Assembly (NCBI RefSeq): GCF_009914755.1
Contig: NC_060930.1
Source: the human T2T-CHM13v2.0 reference genome, Homo sapiens
Direction: 5' to 3' (one strand)
Length of the DNA: 64,000 nucleotides
The notes under the pieces were generated by a model that saw only the letters and a list, made by a program, of their open reading frames with translations, made no database searches and was not told where the DNA came from. The translations under genes and the position numbers were made by a program. Position 1 is the stretch's first letter. Every line of letters starts with the position of its first letter. Shown piece after piece: positions 1-15,210 of the stretch.

Positions 1-1829
1 AGGCATACAATGAATCATTCAAGCATCTCTAATTAGCATAGGAAATGGGTTCTTGCTTGGCTTAAGGAGTCAGCAATTTTCAATATAAATTTTAAGAGAA
101 TTTTAATCTAAATATGATCAAGAAGGAAATTAACACATTCTTCTGGAAATACACAAACATACACACATACCCTAAGCATTCCTACATGAAGCATTGTTGA
201 CTAATGTTATATTTCAACTTACATTTACTTACAACATCAGTTCCATAGCCCTGGGAAGTTGGGGACTATGATGGTAGTGGATAAGGTAGCCAGGGAAAAT
301 TTCAATAGCGTCAAACAGTAATTTGGGATTTAAAAAGTCATAGCTGTCTTTTGGATTTTATCTATAGTTTCCATGCATCTTGGGACAAATCATTTGAATC
401 TCACAGGAATCCCAATTTCAGCATGATTGGCAGGATGGAACGATTGGCAGGATCGAGGCAGAATACCTTCAGTCCCAAGTAGCAGATCACTAAATCCAAA
501 ATCAGTCAGAGAGATACAGCCCTATCCCCAGAGACCTGTCTCATCTTTGGGCAGCCCATAAATTAAGAGTCAGGCAAAACCACACTGCACCTGAAAGACA
601 GACTGATTTTCCTTTTTGAGTTGACTTCCTGGATGGTCTTGGATAGATACAGAAATATGATTCAGTAAACTTAACACCTGAGCATTAGAGCTAACCCGAT
701 TCAAAATGAGATCAACTCCTCAACATCACAAACAATCCTGAACCCAACTTAGTCAGGAAAAGAAGGCCAACACTTGGCATGTGTCTGGGCCATCGTGACA
801 TTCAAAGTTAAAGGAAAATCTTGGAACAGTCTAAGCAGTGAAAAGAACATGGTGCCTCCTCACCACAAGTAACTCAAAACAAAATAATACAAACTCTTAA
901 ATTACCGTTAAGAGGTCCAACAAAGTTTTTATGTTTTTTAAATATATTTATTTCCACATTTATGGAAAGATAATAAATACGTGTACAATTTGCCTTTTGT
1001 TAAATATATTTATATATTATTTATACATATATACATATCTATACATATACGTGTGTGTGTTTGTGTGTGTGTCAAAAGCCAAATCCTTATTTCAAGAAAC
1101 TTTGGTGATCTTGCTTCACTGATCTCCTAAATATGGGCTTAGCCTGTGTTTTAACTGATTTTTGTGGCCAAGCATCTCCCATGTTCAGCAGTGTATGACT
1201 GGGCTTCCCCCTTCCCTCTCTCCCCGACTAAGCCCAGAAATGTCTCATGGCCACCCACCCAGCTCAGACTCTATTTTATTAAAAGGCAGTCTCTGCTTGT
1301 ACTGATTTCATAGAGACAATATGCAAATTACTAAGTGGCTTATTTAACATATAATCCTGGAAGTAAATACTGCAGAAATGCAAAGTACTTATTAAAATTG
1401 ATCTTCCTCTGAGATTAATAAATGATTCTTTGGGAATAAATTGTTCAACCAAGCAAGATTAATAAACTTAAGGGCCGTTAGCCAGTTTTCTTGTAGTAAA
1501 TTACAGGGTGCTTTGCAAGAATTGCATTATTTCATATAAGTTAATTCATTGAAATTAATTCATTGAATATATGTAATTTTAACTTTATAAGTAATGAAAA
1601 TAACTAATAAAGAAGTTGAACAGCTAGTACAGCTGAAAAAAAAAGAAGGAAAAAGAAAAGGCCATCAAACTGTCAAAGCATACCTATCAGGGCTGGCATC
1701 GACACTATAAATATGCAAGCCACAGATACACAAAACAGGCACTACCAAATATGCTTTTTGTCATTTTGTCCCCTATATACTCCATGGTTTGAAATATTTT
1801 GTCTACAGAACTGCATTAACTTGGCAATA

Positions 1830-2273
1830 CAGTTGATCCTTGAATAATGAGGGGGTTAGGAGAACCAGCCTCTGCATAGTGGAAAATCTGTGTATAACTT
1901 TTGAGTCCCCCAAATCTTAACTACTAATAGCCTATTTTGACCAGAAGCCTTACTGATAGCATCAATAGTCAAGTAACATGTATTTTGTGTGTTTTATGTA
2001 TCATTTACTGTATTCTTACAATAAAGTAAGTAGAGAAAGGAAAGTGTTATTAAGAAAATCATAAGGAAGAGAAAACATATTTACTATACATTATGTGGAA
2101 GTGGATCATCATAAAGGTTTTCATCTTTGTCATCTTCAAGTTGAGTAGGCTGAGGAGAGGGAGGAAGAGGAAGGGGGAAATTTGTTGTCTCAGGGTAGCA
2201 AGAAGAGACAGAAGAAAATCTACTTATAAGTGGACCTATGCAGTTCGAACCTATGTTATTCAAGGGTCAACTG
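1830..2273. mobile_element. Tigger2a (MER28)-type TcMar-Tigger non-autonomous DNA transposon
   Basis: TIRs CAGTTGATCCTTGAATAA ... TTATTCAAGGGTCAACTG with TA on both sides; 444 bp; internal sequence fits Tigger2a as I recall it. Confidence 0.85.
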
Positions 2274-2342
2274 TAATTATTTTGTTTTTCCTGTTTTTTC
2301 ACCCAATCAGAGATTCTGCTTGGTAAGGCATAACAATATCAC

Positions 2343-2540
2343 TTCACTGAGTTGATATAATTACCCTCTTCAGTGTGTCTCTTCTTATTGTGCCATAACC
2401 AGGTACTGTGACCTCATGCCTGGTTTTCTTAGCTCTTGTGAAGGTATTTCTGTGTGTGGATAGTTGTTCAAATGGATGTTTCTCGTGGACGAGGGAGACA
2501 ATCACTAGAGAGCCCCATTCTGCCATCTTGCTCCACCTTC
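2343..2540 (-). mobile_element. Old L1 (L1M-type) 5'-UTR fragment
   Basis: Minus strand begins GGTGGAGCAAGATGGCAGAATGG, resembling the CAAGATGGC YY1-site start of L1 5' ends. Confidence 0.55.
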
Positions 2541-3409
2541 CGGCTGACTTGATATAATTAAAGAATTTGACTTTTTTGGCAATCTGCATAATCTTATTAA
2601 AGCTAAAGATTTCATTTCTACTAGCCTTTTTATATATGTGTGTATCTGCATATACATTTATAAATATTTACATACGCATATGTTATACCACTTAATACAT
2701 TGAAATATGCATGATAATATAATATAGCCTTTAAATATATTGAAAAATATATTCTTATGGATCTCCTTTCTTACCATACCATCTCTCTGAGACAGGAGAC
2801 TGCTGATTAAATTCAAGCCTCTCTTTTCACAGAGGAGCATGCCATGTCCCAGAGCAGTTATTGCACTGGCCAAGATCAAACAAGCCATTGAAGATTGAAT
2901 TTTCTGTTGTCCATATAACACTTCTACAACAAACTCCATCTGTTTGCTATGGTCTCTAAATAAGCACCTATATTAAGAGCAAGGGACTCACCGAAAATTA
3001 TTCTAGTGAAATAATTATCTTTCAGGTCACCTCTTGTCTCTGCTGTCCCAGACACTTTTGGGCATAAGTACTTGTTCTATAACATAGCTTTCTTTATATT
3101 TATGCCTACCTCCATTTTACCATTGCATTATAACAATAGTATTGTGCAATAGTAATAATGCATTTTACCATTGCATGATAACAATAGTATTATGGCCTGC
3201 CTCTCCCTCTATTACTAGTTCCTACAAGTGCAAGAGCTACGTCTTTCTGATCTATTTTTCCTTGGCACCTACTGTACCTAGTTTCCTAAGGGTTGATTTA
3301 GGGTGGATGAGATAAGATTGATCTGGCACAATGTTTTGTTTTCTTATGTTTAAATACCTTCTGTATGCCAGTAATTTTCCAAATTCATAACCAAGGACTG
3401 GCTTTTCCC

Positions 3410-4640
<1,231 letters not shown>

Positions 4641-7600
4641 TGATGTTAAATTCATTTGCCTGCCTTTAACATCCCCAAGTACAAGGAGAATAAATTCTTG
4701 TGCTCAGAATTCGCCTGATAAATATTTGTCATCTAGGGTCAAGGACCTCATCTTTTTTCCATTTGGGGGCACCTATTTATTATTGCTTCTGTGGAGGTTG
4801 ATATGTTAATGTGTAGTAACCTTTTGCACCCAGCAGTTCCATCCTTTGAGCTCTACCATTGATTTTTCTCATCTTTGTGCCTGAAGAGCCAGATTGATTC
4901 CTTTTTTCCCACTGTCCTGACAGTTTGCAGTGATACTCACTGTGCAAGTGGGAGCCATTGCCCTTCAGCTATCAGAAGGCTGGCCCTGCCCCAGAAGTGC
5001 AGGCAAGGAGCTTTGTACAGCAGCTGTTTGTGTCTGTGCACAAAATGGTATCCCTTCTTCCAGAGTTAGCCCATGGTCTTGGAAGGGTGGGACCCAGCTC
5101 CTTCTGGATCAGATTCACTTACCTTGCCAGGAAGCACTGGCTGAGAGGGTGGGAGAAACTACAAAGCAATGTTTCTATTAAGTCTTCGAGATTAGAGATG
5201 GAAACCAGAAAGAGGAAGAAAGGGAGAGAGAGAAACAGAAGGGTCTCAGAAAAAAAAAACCAGCTCACTCTTCCATTTTACCCCTCTGCCAAGGGACTCT
5301 AAAACCCTTTTTCCCAATTATCTATTTGTTAGTGCAGTTCCACACTGGCTGAGTCTCCATCAGGCACTGTGAGACCCCACCTGTTTCCCAAAGTAATTTT
5401 AGATGCCCATGAGGCCACTTGGGTACACAGTCACTTATTCCTTAAGTGAGTATTTACTGCACCAATGAATAACCTGCTCTGATTAATAGTTATAGCAGTA
5501 ACATCACTCTTGGCCCAGGCTCATCTCTTAGTGCAGAAGATCCCAGGACGAGCAGGACATAGACAAGGTGTGACAAGCCCAGAGACATTCTACAACCCCA
5601 AGCTGGAATCTTGCCTTTACTAACCAGGCAGGACCCTGAAAAGAAGCCAGTACCTTGGATCATTTTATCTAAAGCTTTCATGTAGCAAAGGGGCCACCAA
5701 ATCTCTGAAGTTGTCCCCAGTCCCATATCACATTAACTGTATCACACTCTTTCTTCACTCCTCAACAGAGAGGCTGAGGAGCAGATAATTCAGAGTGACT
5801 CCATAATGATGGCTCCCTTCTGCCCTTCGAGCAGAGCATCTTTCTTTCTCCATCCTGATTTTCTGAAAGTGAGGAAGAAAGCTAGCTATTTTTTGACTCT
5901 ATCAGTCTCTACAGTCTCTTTCAGTGCCAAAGTCAGCCATCACTCTTACAGGAAACTTCATTATAGGAGCCTCATGGCAAAAAAATAAATATCTATAGCT
6001 ATAGAAATAGATAGATACAGATATAGATATCAATATAGATATAAATAGATATATCTATATATGTAAGACTTTCGGGAGTTGCTTTAGTTTTTTAGGCCAC
6101 AAAGACCTAAAAGAAGAAAATCACTACTTTCGTGCCCAAAATGATGTTCTTAAGGCCTGAAAAGGTAAGGAGCTTCCCAGAGAGCATTATCTATTTAGCA
6201 ACCAGGAGCAGGCTTTTTGCAATGCCATTAAGGATTGACTTACAGGTGACAATGCCTTACCAAGAAAGCCCTTGATAATTCAGTAACCACATCCTTTGAT
6301 GGTGATCTAGGAAAGGATGACATTTAAAAAAAAACCTCCTCTAGGAATAATTCTGTTATAATGGGTTTCTAGAGATTTAGGGAGAAACTAATTGGATATT
6401 CACTGTTGATGGCTATATATTTAGATCACACTAGAAAAAAATAATGTTCATCCATGTTTTATAGAAATGGATCCGGAGAATTTTGCAGATGAACTGAAAC
6501 ACATGTTAAAAGTTGAAACATAAGGAAAAGAAATGGCAGCAGATCAATAGTGAGGTAAAGGGCCCAGCAGCCGATCGCCTCCAGGGGCTAGAATTCACCT
6601 TTAGCATCATTGCTAGCGGAAATCTGCACTTTTTTTTCCTCTTTAGTTTTTATGTTACCTTTATCATCTTTTTCTTTCATCTCCTGACCACTTCCCACCA
6701 AACATATATCCTTTATTTTTCCTTTCTTTTTACCTTTACTATGTGTTTCCCTTTTTCTATCACCCTTGTCTCATGGCTGCTGGTTCCACTGATGGCACCT
6801 AAGACTGAAGGGGTTACCAATGCCAGCTCCACAGAGAAGGGAGCAGATACTTTGGAGGTGATGTTAGTGGCTGGATTTCATGGAATGCCTACTTTGTGCC
6901 TGGCCTTGTTAGAGATGCTTGTCATGTATGCTTGCATTTCATCCTCTCAGTTGTCCTAAGAACTCAGTCTAATATTATGCAACACCCTAGTTCAATTCGA
7001 GAATAAAAGCAGTTTTGTTTTGTTGTATTTTGTTTCTGAAAAACTCTGCCTCCAAAGGTTCTAGAGAAAAAGCCCCCAAGAAATGCCAACTGGAAGATGG
7101 AAGTGGGAGGTTTGACCAACAGGTTAGAGATAAGAAAGTTGCAACAACTGGGTAAATTTCTGAAACCACAAGCTGATTTCTATGACCAATCTGTTTTCTA
7201 CGACCAATCTGTTTTATTTGCACGTTTGTGCTCTTGGGGGAAAACGTGACTTTACCAACCATGTTAATGGGGGAAAAGTTCTAACCCTTCAATAATTTCA
7301 AGAAAACCAGAATATGGTTTAGGTCAAAAAAGAGTACTTGATTTTGCAACACCAAATATCCCTTCTGAGGTTTCCCAAAAATGCTGTGGCAATCCCACAC
7401 GGAACTCTCTCCATATTTTTACCATAGAAACAATAGTGCTAATTCAGCATGCACTGTGATTTAGACCACTTTGGGCGGTGCTTTAAGGAAGATATCAAAG
7501 AAATGAATACCTGCACTCTTATAATATCTTAAAAATGCAATACAGAATATACCAAATTTCCATGTAAAATGCTAAATAAAATAAAATGCATTGATTATAA

Positions 7601-8844
7601 TGTGTTTCAGAAGTGTAGAAAAACAAATGGAATCATTGGACTTCACTAGGTTTAGTAGGTCAAAGATTTAGAGTATCTACTATTAGATACTTATTCAAAT
7701 AAGTACATGGGCTTATTAATAAATTATTATTAGGGACAGAAACGAGGAATGCAAAAAGTAGTTGAAGATCCTAAATGTCAGAATGATTTGCCTGAGGGTT
7801 TAGACTTTCCTTCCCTTAGGGATATTACACGGGAACCTAGCCTTTCTATCACTCTGCAACACCTTTGAAAAGAAGGAGCTATATAAGGGTGATATGGAAT
7901 TTTTAGGTTTACATTGCCCTAGTAGAACTATAAATACACATGACTAGGTAACCAGATTTACCACATGGAAATAGAAGAGATGCCTGATCCACCAGACACA
8001 AGTCTGTCTTCAGCTTCATCTCTGCATCTACTACCCCAGGACAGAAATCAGCCTAGGGCCAGACTTGAATATCTGTTGTCCATGCAGAAAGTGACCCAAG
8101 TCATTTCCTCAACACTCAGAAACATTTAAAGCTCTTTTTTTTTTCTTTTCCATTTCTGGCCAAGCTGTTTAGAAAGCACAGATGCAGCTGGCACTGTGAT
8201 ATTGTAAGCAGCCTTGCTAAATGGCTCCAAAAGGAAAATAGCTGTCCAATGTCTTGGGTAGATCTGTGAGCTCCATTCACCAATGTCACATCATCATTCT
8301 CTGGTTCTTCAGACCCAAGAATCGAGGTCAGAGACAGCGGAGTTGCTGCTGCAATTTTGTTTACATAACAAGGTAAAGACTACTCTGATAACCCTCCATT
8401 GCTAGCCCCTTTTCGTAAGAAATAAAGTTACCTTAGTGGTTTAGCATCTGATTTGAAGAAACCACCCCATTACTGAAGGGAGATCAGATGTTCCTTTAAT
8501 TTTTTAAAATGTTCATGTGAACCACGTGCAACATGTTCTTCCTCTCTGGTCACGATGAGAGATGAAGACTTTTTTCAGCATTTTTTTGATAAAGGTTGTG
8601 GCAAAGATCTAAAATCCACCCTGCTGGTCACAGTCATGACCCAGGTGGCAGTGAAGATGTGACTTTGGCTTGAGAAATATGAGATGTAATCCTGCCATGA
8701 AGAACAGCTATAGAAAAAGGTGCTGGGGTGTGGTAATTATTCTTCCTTTTCTTCAATTCATCGGACTTAAATGTTTAGCAGCCAGATATGATGATAAGCT
8801 GTAAATCAAGCAGAGTTTCTACTGCTTTATACAATATCCCAACC

Positions 8845-9040
8845 ACACAGGCAGTACAGCAGAGTGCTAAGAAGGTGTGCTTATCACCCTTCTAAAGCCT
8901 GATAGTATCTGCACCCTGAACAAATTACTTTCATAGGAGATCATGATAATGCCTACCTTTTGGGGGATTCTTGTCAGGATTCAATAAGGAATTGCATATG
9001 AAATGCTTAGTGCTGTATCTGGTACATAAGCATTCAAAGG
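8845..9040 (+). mobile_element. MIR fragment
   Basis: MIR 3' core-like text gataatgcctacc...aggattcaataag...tgcttag...ggtacataag. Confidence 0.55.
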
Positions 9041-9124
9041 AAGTGCTTGGGCTCAGGTCTGTGGGAATCTGAAGCTTCTGTTTTCTGGATCATGCTTCAT
9101 TATTAGCAAAATTAGAAAATAATC

Positions 9125-9492
9125 TGCTATTCACTGAATGTGTCCCTTCAAAATTCATATGTGTTGATACCCTAACTCCCAATGTGATGGTATTTGGAGG
9201 TGGGACCTATGGGAAGTAATATGGATATAATGGTAGAGCCTTCGTAATTGGATTAGCACCTTTATAGAAAGAGACACCAGAGAGCTTGCTTTCTCTCCCT
9301 CTCCCCACCATGTGAGGATACAGCAGGAAGGCAACCACCTGGTAGCTAGGAAGAGGGCCCTCACCAGAATCTGACCATGCTGGTGCCCCAACCTCAAACT
9401 TCCCAGCCTCTGGAACTGTGAGAAATGAACTTCTGTTGTCGAAGCCATCCAGTCTATGGCACTTTGTTATAGCAGCCCAAGCTAACTTAAGA
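9125..9492 (+). mobile_element. MLT1A/MLT1A0 MaLR solo LTR
   Basis: aatgtgtccc...aaattcatatg...ccagcctctggaactgtgagaaat...ttgttatagcagcccaagctaact. Confidence 0.85.
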
Positions 9493-9835
9493 TGTGATCT
9501 AATGGAAATAGTCTATCTCTGAAGTCCCTTTAAACTCTCACATTATGTGATTCCTCTTTCTTTGCTTTGTGGTAATAAAACACTTTTCTTAAGCTCCCAG
9601 TTTGCTAGGAACACAGTAACAACTCACCTGAGGAAAGTAGTAAGAATGTTCTTGAAGTCTGACAATCATTAGAGCTAAGCCTTTAAAAATTCTATCAAAT
9701 AAAAAATAATCAGCAAAAACATAATTAACCACCCATGTTTTCCTAGCTATGAACAAATTCTATACTATATAATTTCTATTTTTTAAAGTGTGAAGTAAAA
9801 ATTTCTAAGACACTGTTTTAGTTGTCAAGACATAA

Positions 9836-10196
<361 letters not shown>

Positions 10197-10229
10197 TAAT
10201 TTGGATATATTGCATCTATATTTATATTA

Positions 10230-10403
10230 CAGCACTGTAGTTCACCATGCTTTATAGTTAGTTGTATATGTGTCTGTCTCTCCACCAAACTTGTAAACAA
10301 TTTTAAGAGAAGGGAGCATGTTTTTGTATATCAAGCACTTAGCGTAGGGCAGGCACAATTCACCACTCAATAAATGCATGTTAAATGAATTAATGAATGA
10401 ATT
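10230..10403 (+). mobile_element. L2 3' end
   Basis: Ends ctcaataaatgcatgttaaatgaattaatgaatgaat, a typical L2 tail. Confidence 0.65.
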
Positions 10404-10680
10404 AAGGGCGCAGCACTGAGACGTTAAGTTAAGAAGTATGGTTCAACAGCCTCTGCAATCCAAAATAAAGACAGGCCAGAGCATCAAAGGCAAGTAGTGA
10501 CGTAAGTGAAGTTACATCCCAGATGACCAAAATGGATAAGAGGTCCTGCTTTGTTTAAATAGAAGAGTCAGCTTTAAGGTGGGGCACAAAGACTTCATGA
10601 AAAAACATGGAATTTTATTTGGATTAGAGAAGTGGAAAAATCTTTCCCAAGAAGAAGGACCACGTGAGCAGTAACATAAT

Positions 10681-11170
10681 ATATTTGTTTCCTATTGCTG
10701 TTATAACAAATCACCACAAATTTAGGGGCTTAAAACAACACAAATTCATTATCTTACAGTTCTGGAGGTAAAGTCAAGGTGTCTACAGGTCTGTATTTCT
10801 TTCTGGAGGCTCTAAGGGATAATCTGTTTTCCTGCCTTTTTTATCTTTGAGAGCCTCCTCCCATTCCTTGGCCCAAGGCCCCTTTCCATCTTCAAAGTCA
10901 CCAATGACCAGCTAGCTGAATCTTTCTCACATCACATCACTCTGACGCTGACTCTTCTGCCTCCCTCTTCCACATGTAAGGACACTTGTGAAATTATTTT
11001 GGTCTCATCCAGATAATCCAGATATTCTCTGTATTTTAATGATGGCTGATTAGCAACCTTAACTTCATCTACTACCTTAATCTCCTTTGCCATGTAACCT
11101 AACATATTCACAGGTTCCGAGGACTAGGATGTGGGCACCTTTGGAAGGCCATTATTCTGCCTACTATACA
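10681..11170 (-). mobile_element. MLT1C-like MaLR solo LTR
   Basis: ttcctattgctgttataacaaatcaccacaaa...cttacagttctggagg...gccattattctgcctac. Confidence 0.8.
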
Positions 11171-12695
11171 TAATGTCAGATGCATCTGACATGTTTGTGC
11201 AACAATATGACTTCCACAGAAATTTTGCATATTCAATGTAAGTTTGAATGTGTTTACAGGACTAGGTGAGTGGGAGCCTATTTTTGAAAGTGCTGAATGC
11301 CCAAGAAAGGGATTTGAACTAGTTTTATAAGTAATAATTATCTTTGCATCAAATTAGTATTAATATTGCCATTACTTTTCATGTTACATGTTTGAAAATG
11401 ACATGATTATAAATTATGTTCAATCCAGAATATCATAACTTTTAAAGGTAAATAAGACTTAACTGAAGTTTTCAATGATTAACGAGAGACTTGAAAAACA
11501 CAATTTAATAGTAGCCTCATCAATTGCCTCCTCAAAGTTTGAAAGCAGGAAAAAAAAAGTAATAACAGCATTTAAAAGGCATTTATTAAAAGCCCAGTTA
11601 TCTGTGGCTTGAAGTTGACTCTTGATATTCTAATTGAGACGCACAAACATAAAATCAGCAAGGTATGTGAACATATGCAAGTCAAAGACAGATGTATGTT
11701 ACCTTGCACCTAAGTGGACAAAAGAATGTTAACGTCAAATGCAAAGATGTCTCAGAAAACACAGAATACAAGAAATCTTATCAGCAGACCACAAAATAGG
11801 TCCAGGAAGATCATGGAGGACAAAGAGTAGATAGACCCAGAGGTCCAAATAAGCAAATAGAGCAGGATCAGTTAGTATGCATATCCTATAAATAGAAAGA
11901 TATGCAATCATTTTAAAGTAATTTTCAAAATAGAAGGAGAAAAATGTAGTTAAAATTTCAATGTGGGATGAAAAAAAATTACCAAAGTGAAATTCTTAGA
12001 GAATCTTTTGATAATAAAGATCTTAGACACATGTCAAAGTTGTCAAATATTCTAGTGTGCTGGGCTTTTTTCCCTTGATTATGGTGCAATAATTCTTCTA
12101 GCAACACTGCATATCAAACAAAAAGGGTCCAGTAGGAATCCCTGTACTGTACCATGCAAAGAATGTGTTGTATACATACTACATGTTAAATGGCCACTCC
12201 TTTAATTTTCACTCTAAATTCTCCTGCCATTACCGGGGAAAACAACTCCTAAAATTACCAGAAATAATAAAACACTCTGTATACTAGTTTTTAATGCAAT
12301 ATCTTCCAACTTTCTCATTATTTAGTTACTCCCCTGGATTATATATATCAGGAAATATTGGTGTTCATAACCATAGCAAAGCACTTAGCCTTAGAAAGAA
12401 TCAGGAAAGACAATGGAAAAAATAACACAGTGAACTGTGTTTCCAATTACCAGCAGATGCTTTCATTTATTCTAAGCGTTCTTGTTTAGTTAACTGTACA
12501 TATTTTTAATCATAGAAATCTGGTAATGTTCTAGACCCATGCTCTTAGTTACCCTGGTCTTCCAGCTGATTTCACATGTCTCTTGCTTCTGGCATCATTT
12601 TCCCATAAATACTGTGCCTAGGGCGCATGAATTCCAGGTGAAACCTGTTAAAGAATGCAGCCTATTGCAAAGTTTACTTGATTCAACTTTTGTGC

Positions 12696-12738
12696 TGTGT
12701 GTGCATGTGTGTGTGTGCATGTGTTGTGTGTGTGTGTT
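12696..12738. repeat. Imperfect (TG)n microsatellite
   Basis: tgtgtgtgcatgtgtgtgtgtgcatgtgttgtgtgtgtgtg. Confidence 0.85.
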
Positions 12739-13477
12739 TCGCTGAGACTGACATTGCTGTAGATTTCTCTGAATCAGCAGCACCATTAGCCACTGGCTAC
12801 AGCACCATGAATGCCTGCTTCCTTTTTTTTCCATCTTTATCTCTTTGAGGAATCATCTGGTCACCATTCACTCATGCCTGGAATATCACAGTGGGAAAGA
12901 TTACCAGGCTTCATGGAAAGACTACTTTACATAAATCTTTAATAAACCAAATGAAAGAGCAGGTCTTGCTGAAAGTATCCCTGATGATGGAGATCAAAGA
13001 CTCAGAGCCTTGCCTGTATTCCAACCATTCTGAAAATAGCAGGAGGGGTGCAACAAAATGCTGGAAAGAAGGAGTCATGGAGAAACTGGCCTAACTAAAT
13101 TGCATTTGACATTTGATGAGAAAAGACTGTCAAAAATAGTATTTGTTTATGAAATTCTTTAAGATTCTATCACATATATTTATTGCATGGGCTTATAGTT
13201 GATAGTCAACCTTATCTTTAAAGTTAACCCATAAGGGGAAAAAAAGAATAAAAGAAAATTAACAAGCTATGGTTCAATGTCCCCAGATACAGCCTTTGTT
13301 CTTACATAGCAGTTCTGGTTGCTTCTTTCCATTGAGAGTATTTGGCCTGCGCCAGCATGATTGTTTTTAGAAGTCCTAATAGGTGTATCTGGAAAGACTG
13401 GGATGGTTGCTGCATTTTCTTTCATAAATAACTAATATGGAACAGGCATAAAATCCTTGCCACATGGTTATACTCTA

Positions 13478-13645
13478 GCCTTGCTATTCAGAGTGTGGTC
13501 ATGACCAACAACCTTGACATCCCCAGGAAACCTGTTAAAAATGCAGAGTCTCAGGTCCCGGCCAGACTTCTGGAATCAGAAATCTGCATTTTAATGGAAT
13601 CCCCAGGTTATTCAAATGCACATTAATATTTGAGAAGCCTTGATC
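13478..13645. mobile_element. MER5A hAT-Charlie MITE
   Basis: agtgtggtc...gttaaaaatgcagagtctcagg...gaatcagaaatctgcatttt...atccccagg...tttgagaagc. Confidence 0.8.
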
Positions 13646-13710
13646 TAGAATAGCCTCTAGGAGATACCATTTGGCATAGCTGTTCTATGTAATTCATAAT
13701 TACCAGGAGG

Positions 13711-14048
<338 letters not shown>

Positions 14049-15034
14049 TTATGTCATTTATATAAAAAATCTTTCTATATCTTATTAGTGGTCTAGTTTA
14101 TTTTTATTAGATTAAGAGGAAAGAACCCTCACTCAGGCATTTTCCAGCAGTTTTTTGAGTATGTCTGGATAATCTCTCCTCCACTCTCCCTGAGATCTTC
14201 TTAACCTGGTCAAATTCTTGAGAGCGTTCAAAATTTATGCATCTCACTTATTTTAAAAAATTAACATATTTCAGACTTTGTACAGGCCACTTTTTAAATA
14301 TCACATTTGATTCTGCACACTACATTTCTTTTAAGCACACTTACAAATTAAACAGAGATCAGTTAGGAGCAATCAAAGTTATAAAAATGTTTGAGAAATA
14401 AAGACTCCAAACAAAACACTGAGGCCCTCATCAGTTTGTCTAGGGAAATGAGGCCAGTAGGGGGCCTGAAGATACATGTTCACTACCACAGCATATGACA
14501 CAAAGCTGCACAGCTCATGAACATCAAACACATTTTGTGTTTAGTCACTTTGGACTAAAAACAAAATTCCCTATTAAGAGAACCTATACAGCATTAACTA
14601 GGGCACTAAATAATACATGGTAAAGATCATGCAGGATGAGACCCTAGACATGATTCCTGGGCTTTTATCCCTCCAAAATGCACTTACAAAGAATATTTAT
14701 CTTATGAGCCACATACATTGTTCTGTATCTGTCTATTCTCATTCATACTTTCACCAGGCCTACCTTAAGAACCTTGCTACCATCAAATCTCTTACTGTCT
14801 TCTGCCACAGGTCACTCCCCAGTACCCTATATCCAACAGCCCTGCCTTTGATTTCCTTTACTCCTGCATTCTCGCTGGGGAACCCAAATTTCCGAAGTGA
14901 GACCTACTTCAAGGGTTGAAGGGCTTGACTTTCCAGCTTTCTAACATATCCCAGGGAAGGATAGCCAAAATTTGTGTTTAATGAACTTGTCAACTGTGAT
15001 ATCATATAGCTTAAAAATAACAATATTAAATTTT

Positions 15035-15210
15035 TATAGCACATTACAGTTTAAAAATAACTGACATTCTAGTCTTATTTAATCCTTTCAAGATCCCAGT
15101 GTGATGGATAAAAAGTTGCCATCATACCCATTTATAGATAAGGCCCCAAATTTGGGGCAAAGCTCAGTGGTGAGTATAGATCAAAACCCAGTTTTTGTAA
15201 CTCTCAGATA
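15035..15210 (-). mobile_element. MIR fragment
   Basis: tcttatttaatcct...cccatttatagata...aaacccag, reverse MIR core. Confidence 0.5.

Noticed and set aside
6513-6959. 148-aa hydrophobic ORF
   Set aside because: TTG start; Phe/Leu content comes from T-rich low complexity; no recognisable family or exon structure
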